In this document: in pieces, positions 60,951-64,000 of the stretch
Numbering within the stretch: position 1 is the stretch's first letter
Layout of the letters: each line of letters begins with the position of its first letter
The notes under the pieces: model-generated
The model's database searches: none
What the model was told of the DNA's origin: nothing
Seen by the model: only the letters and a program-made list of their open reading frames with translations
Position numbers and translations under genes: made by a program
Source: Nitrospira sp.
Lineage (GTDB): Bacteria > Nitrospirota > Nitrospiria > Nitrospirales > Nitrospiraceae
Length of the DNA: 64,000 nucleotides
Assembly: GCA_047150005.1 (NCBI GenBank)
Contig: AP038806.1
Span: 2,560,001-2,624,000, forward strand
Direction: 5' to 3'

Positions 60951-63575
60951 ATGCCAGACTTGTGGTCCGTGCCTGGATCGCTGATCCTGGCCCATGTCCG
61001 CGAACGACCCATCCGAAACGTGCTCAGTATCGTCGGGGTCGCGCTTGGCGTACTGGCGTCCGTGTCGATCGGCACGGCCAACGTACACGTGCTTCAGTCC
61101 TTCGATCGGGCGGTCCGAGCGGTCTCCGGATCGGCCACGCTGGAGATCATCGGTCACGACCTGGGAGTGGACGAGGCGGTGATCAGGTCCGTGCGGAACC
61201 TGCCGGGTGTGGAGACCGCCGCTCCGTTTCTGGAGCAGGGGGTCGTCATGCAAACCGGAGAGCATCAAGGCGAGGTCCTGCAGGTGTTCGGTATAGACCT
61301 CTTGGCCGAGCTCGGCTCAGCAAACGGGAGATTTCTGGTCACTCATGAGGATCGTGAGCGGACCCTCGAGGACGTCGTCTCGGCAGAAGCCGTCTATCTG
61401 GGTCGATCATTGGCCGATTCGTGGCACCTCCATCCCGGCGGTTTCTTGGACGTGCAGGGCGGTGGACGGAATCTGCGCCTGAGGGTTGCGGGGGTGATCC
61501 AAGGAGCGGAGGGTACCGGATCCCTCTGGGACCGAGCGGCCGCCATGGACATCGCTGCGGCGCAGGTAAACTTTGCAGCGATCGGCCGGTTGGATCGCAT
61601 CGATATCGTCACCGAAGCGGGATGGAATGTCGATGATGTCGCGGCTTCGATCCGTGGCGTCCTGCCGCCGCATCTGGTCGTGCAACGGCCCGCGCAACGG
61701 TCGAAGCAGGTCGAGAATATGGTGCGCTCCTTCCAGCTCAATTTGACGGTGCTGAGCTGGGTCGGACTGCTCGTCGGAACGTTTCTTATCTACAACACGA
61801 TGGCCTTCGCCGTGACCCAGCGGCGGCGTGAGATCGGCATCTATCGCGCCCTCGGAATGGCGGAACGCCGGATCGCAGCGCTATTCCTTCTTGAAGGAGG
61901 ACTGCTGGGTTTCATCGGGGGCATGCTGGGCGGCATCGCAGGGGTGTGGGTGTCGCGGGCACTCATGACGCTGGTCAGCCGCACGATCTCGGACTTGTAT
62001 GTTCCGATTGGGGCGGGGGATCCGACGACCTGGCTGGATGCACAAACCGTCATGGCCGTGCTGAAGGGCACGGCGTTCGGAACGATGGTCGCGATGGCGG
62101 GCGCGTTGGCTCCGAGTCTGGAAGCTTCGCGAACGGTGACGGTCCGTGCCCTGGCGCCGGGAGACTACGAAGAAACTCAGCGAGTCCGGAGCCGGCGCTA
62201 TCTGGTTGTCAGCGTGCTGTTGCTGGTCTGCGCCGGGGTGCTGTCGCTGCCGGGACCAATCAACGGCCTTCCGTTGTTTGGATATCTCGCGACCCTGTGT
62301 CTTCTCGGATCGCTGGTCGCGCTGTCGCCCGTCTGTATTCAGGCGTTGGGACGCCATGAGGTGTCCCGGAGCAACGCGTCGCTTGCACTGGAAGGCGGGC
62401 TGCGCCGTATGGCTGCCGAACATGCCGCGCGACATCCGGGCCGCAATGCGGTGACGGTGTCGGCCTTGATGGTCGGACTCGCCATCATGATCGGGGTCGT
62501 GGTCATGGTTCGAAGCTTTCGCGAGACGGTGGAAACCTGGGTCAATGAAACGGTCATGGCCGACTTGATCGTGGCGCCGTTTGGTTGGCTGCAAGGGCAA
62601 CAGGTCGGTCATGCCGCACGCGCACTTCCAGATTCATTGGCTGCGGTACTGTCCTCTTTTGAAGGTGTGGCCGCGGTGGATACCTACCGGAACGTGCAGG
62701 TCGAGGTCGAAGGCCGGAGCGCCATGCTGGTGTCGCGGGATATGCGGATGCACGCGCAGCGGAGCCGTTACCTTCTCGTGCGGGGCGATTCGGCGGCCGC
62801 ATTGACTCGGGCCGCCGAATCCGGAGGGGTGCTCATCTCGGAAGTGCTGGCCGATCGGCTGGGCGTGCGGGAGGGAGGACGCGTGACGATTCGCACTCCT
62901 CAAGGCCCACGCAGCGTGCCGATCGAAGGAATTTTTTACGACTATGCGACGGACGGTGGCAAGATGGTGATGGATCGCGCCCCATACCAGCAACTCTGGA
63001 ACGATCACTCTGTGACGGTATTCGCCGTCTATCTTGGTACAGGAGTCGATAGCGAGACTGTCCGTGCCGCGATGGTCCGGGCCTTTGCCGGACGACAGGA
63101 TGGAGTCTTGCCGCCGATGGTGATCAAGAACAAGGAGTTGCGAAGGGAAATCCTCGACATTTTCGACCGGACCTTCATCCTGACCTATGTGCTGGAACTG
63201 ATCGCCGTGTTGGTGGCGGTGCTCGGAATTGTGAACACGCTGGTGACCGCCATCCTGGAGCGGCGGCGAGAGTTGGCCACCCTTCAGGCAATCGGGGCGA
63301 GCCGAAAGCAAGTTGAGCGGCTGGTGCTGTGGGAAGCGGTCTATCTCGGTTCGATCGGCGCAGTCTTGGGTGTGATCGGAGGGCTTGGCCTTGCCTGGAT
63401 TCTCATTACCGTCATCAATAAACAGTCCTTCGGGTGGACGATCCGCATGACCGTGCCGATCGAGGTGCTTGTGCAGGCCGTGACCATAGGAGTGGCCGCG
63501 GCATGGATCGCCGGCTACCTGCCGGCCCGATGGGCTGCGAGACAGTCGGCAGTGGAGGGACTAAGGCAGGAATAG
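60951..63575 (+). CDS. Duplicated FtsX/MacB-like ABC permease
   Basis: Two repeats with RRREIGIYRALG and RRRELATLQAIG. Confidence 0.92.
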   Translation: MPDLWSVPGSLILAHVRERPIRNVLSIVGVALGVLASVSIGTANVHVLQSFDRAVRAVSGSATLEIIGHDLGVDEAVIRSVRNLPGVETAAPFLEQGVVMQTGEHQGEVLQVFGIDLLAELGSANGRFLVTHEDRERTLEDVVSAEAVYLGRSLADSWHLHPGGFLDVQGGGRNLRLRVAGVIQGAEGTGSLWDRAAAMDIAAAQVNFAAIGRLDRIDIVTEAGWNVDDVAASIRGVLPPHLVVQRPAQRSKQVENMVRSFQLNLTVLSWVGLLVGTFLIYNTMAFAVTQRRREIGIYRALGMAERRIAALFLLEGGLLGFIGGMLGGIAGVWVSRALMTLVSRTISDLYVPIGAGDPTTWLDAQTVMAVLKGTAFGTMVAMAGALAPSLEASRTVTVRALAPGDYEETQRVRSRRYLVVSVLLLVCAGVLSLPGPINGLPLFGYLATLCLLGSLVALSPVCIQALGRHEVSRSNASLALEGGLRRMAAEHAARHPGRNAVTVSALMVGLAIMIGVVVMVRSFRETVETWVNETVMADLIVAPFGWLQGQQVGHAARALPDSLAAVLSSFEGVAAVDTYRNVQVEVEGRSAMLVSRDMRMHAQRSRYLLVRGDSAAALTRAAESGGVLISEVLADRLGVREGGRVTIRTPQGPRSVPIEGIFYDYATDGGKMVMDRAPYQQLWNDHSVTVFAVYLGTGVDSETVRAAMVRAFAGRQDGVLPPMVIKNKELRREILDIFDRTFILTYVLELIAVLVAVLGIVNTLVTAILERRRELATLQAIGASRKQVERLVLWEAVYLGSIGAVLGVIGGLGLAWILITVINKQSFGWTIRMTVPIEVLVQAVTIGVAAAWIAGYLPARWAARQSAVEGLRQE

Positions 63576-63835
63576 CCTAGGAGTTGGAAGAGCGGGCATT
63601 CAAGTTCCCGATTCTTCCCTCCGGGGCAGTGAATGAGGTGAGCTGGCGGGTCTGGGCGGTGGAGGCTCAATCCAGGCCATCCTGGTGAGGAAAGAGTGAG
63701 CAAGCTTGACCAGGATTAACGGTTCCTGACACTGTTTTCTTCGCCCATGGGGTCGTAATGCCGATCAAGCCCAGCCCTCACAGCCGCGACAATGCTCTCA
63801 CCCTTCGACCCGCAGGCCGCGACCGTCAAGAGCCG

Positions 63836-64000
63836 TTATGGTTTCGGAACATCGAGATCTTTGCAAATCTTCTGAGCAAGAAAGTCGTTGATCTCTCGGT
63901 GGCGTGGAACTGTGGAGGTCTTACCGGCAGCGCGATTGACGTAGACGCTATGACTGCCGCCTTCCCGTAGAAACTGAACGCCATGGCGTTCGAGGTGGCG
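63836..64000 (-). CDS. hicA: HicA-family toxin (5' end beyond the window; absent from the ORF track)
   Basis: Manual translation RHLERHGVQFLREGGSHSVYVNRAAGKTSTVPRHREINDFLAQKICKDLDVPKP*, with GSH and VP.H motifs. Confidence 0.85.
   Translation of the reverse strand, partial: RHLERHGVQFLREGGSHSVYVNRAAGKTSTVPRHREINDFLAQKICKDLDVPKP

Overview
A GC-rich bacterial chromosomal window; gene content and repeat style resemble Nitrospira (inference). From left to right: (1) 1-10 kb, a Fur-associated iron/redox locus with two bacterioferritins, a di-haem MauG/CCP-family lipoprotein, a membrane protein, an FMN-binding (flavinylation-motif) protein, a lipoprotein, a porin, a Com-like Zn finger, apbE, exbBD, fur and two Fur-box-like sites. 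(2) 10-27 kb, housekeeping and transport genes: Panacea-like protein, M32 carboxypeptidase, O-methyltransferase, SMR exporter, CzcCBA-type RND system, a two-component cluster with two atypical receivers, EamA and PhoD, plus MITE-like repeats. (3) 27-40.6 kb, an accessory region: a duplicated 276-bp gene 3' end flanking a small islet, then an integron whose integrase is co-oriented with its cassette array (attI-like site and 4-5 attC sites). The cassettes encode a frameshifted DUF1780-like nuclease, a TNT-like putative NADase, an orphan 454-aa protein, a four-gene operon (two trypsin-fold zymogens, a Macro-like/CHAT caspase-like protease, an SGNH hydrolase) and a TIR-pseudoCHAT protein. This protease/TIR module is the best candidate for an undescribed, probably defensive, system. 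(4) 40.8-64 kb, core genes: ygfZ-like, TPP riboswitch-thiC-thi4, nadA-ileS-lspA, uppP, MacAB-like, HTH-mraZ-rusA, comF, pyrD, ABC genes and a partial hicA at the edge. All calls come from motif recognition by eye; no searches were run.
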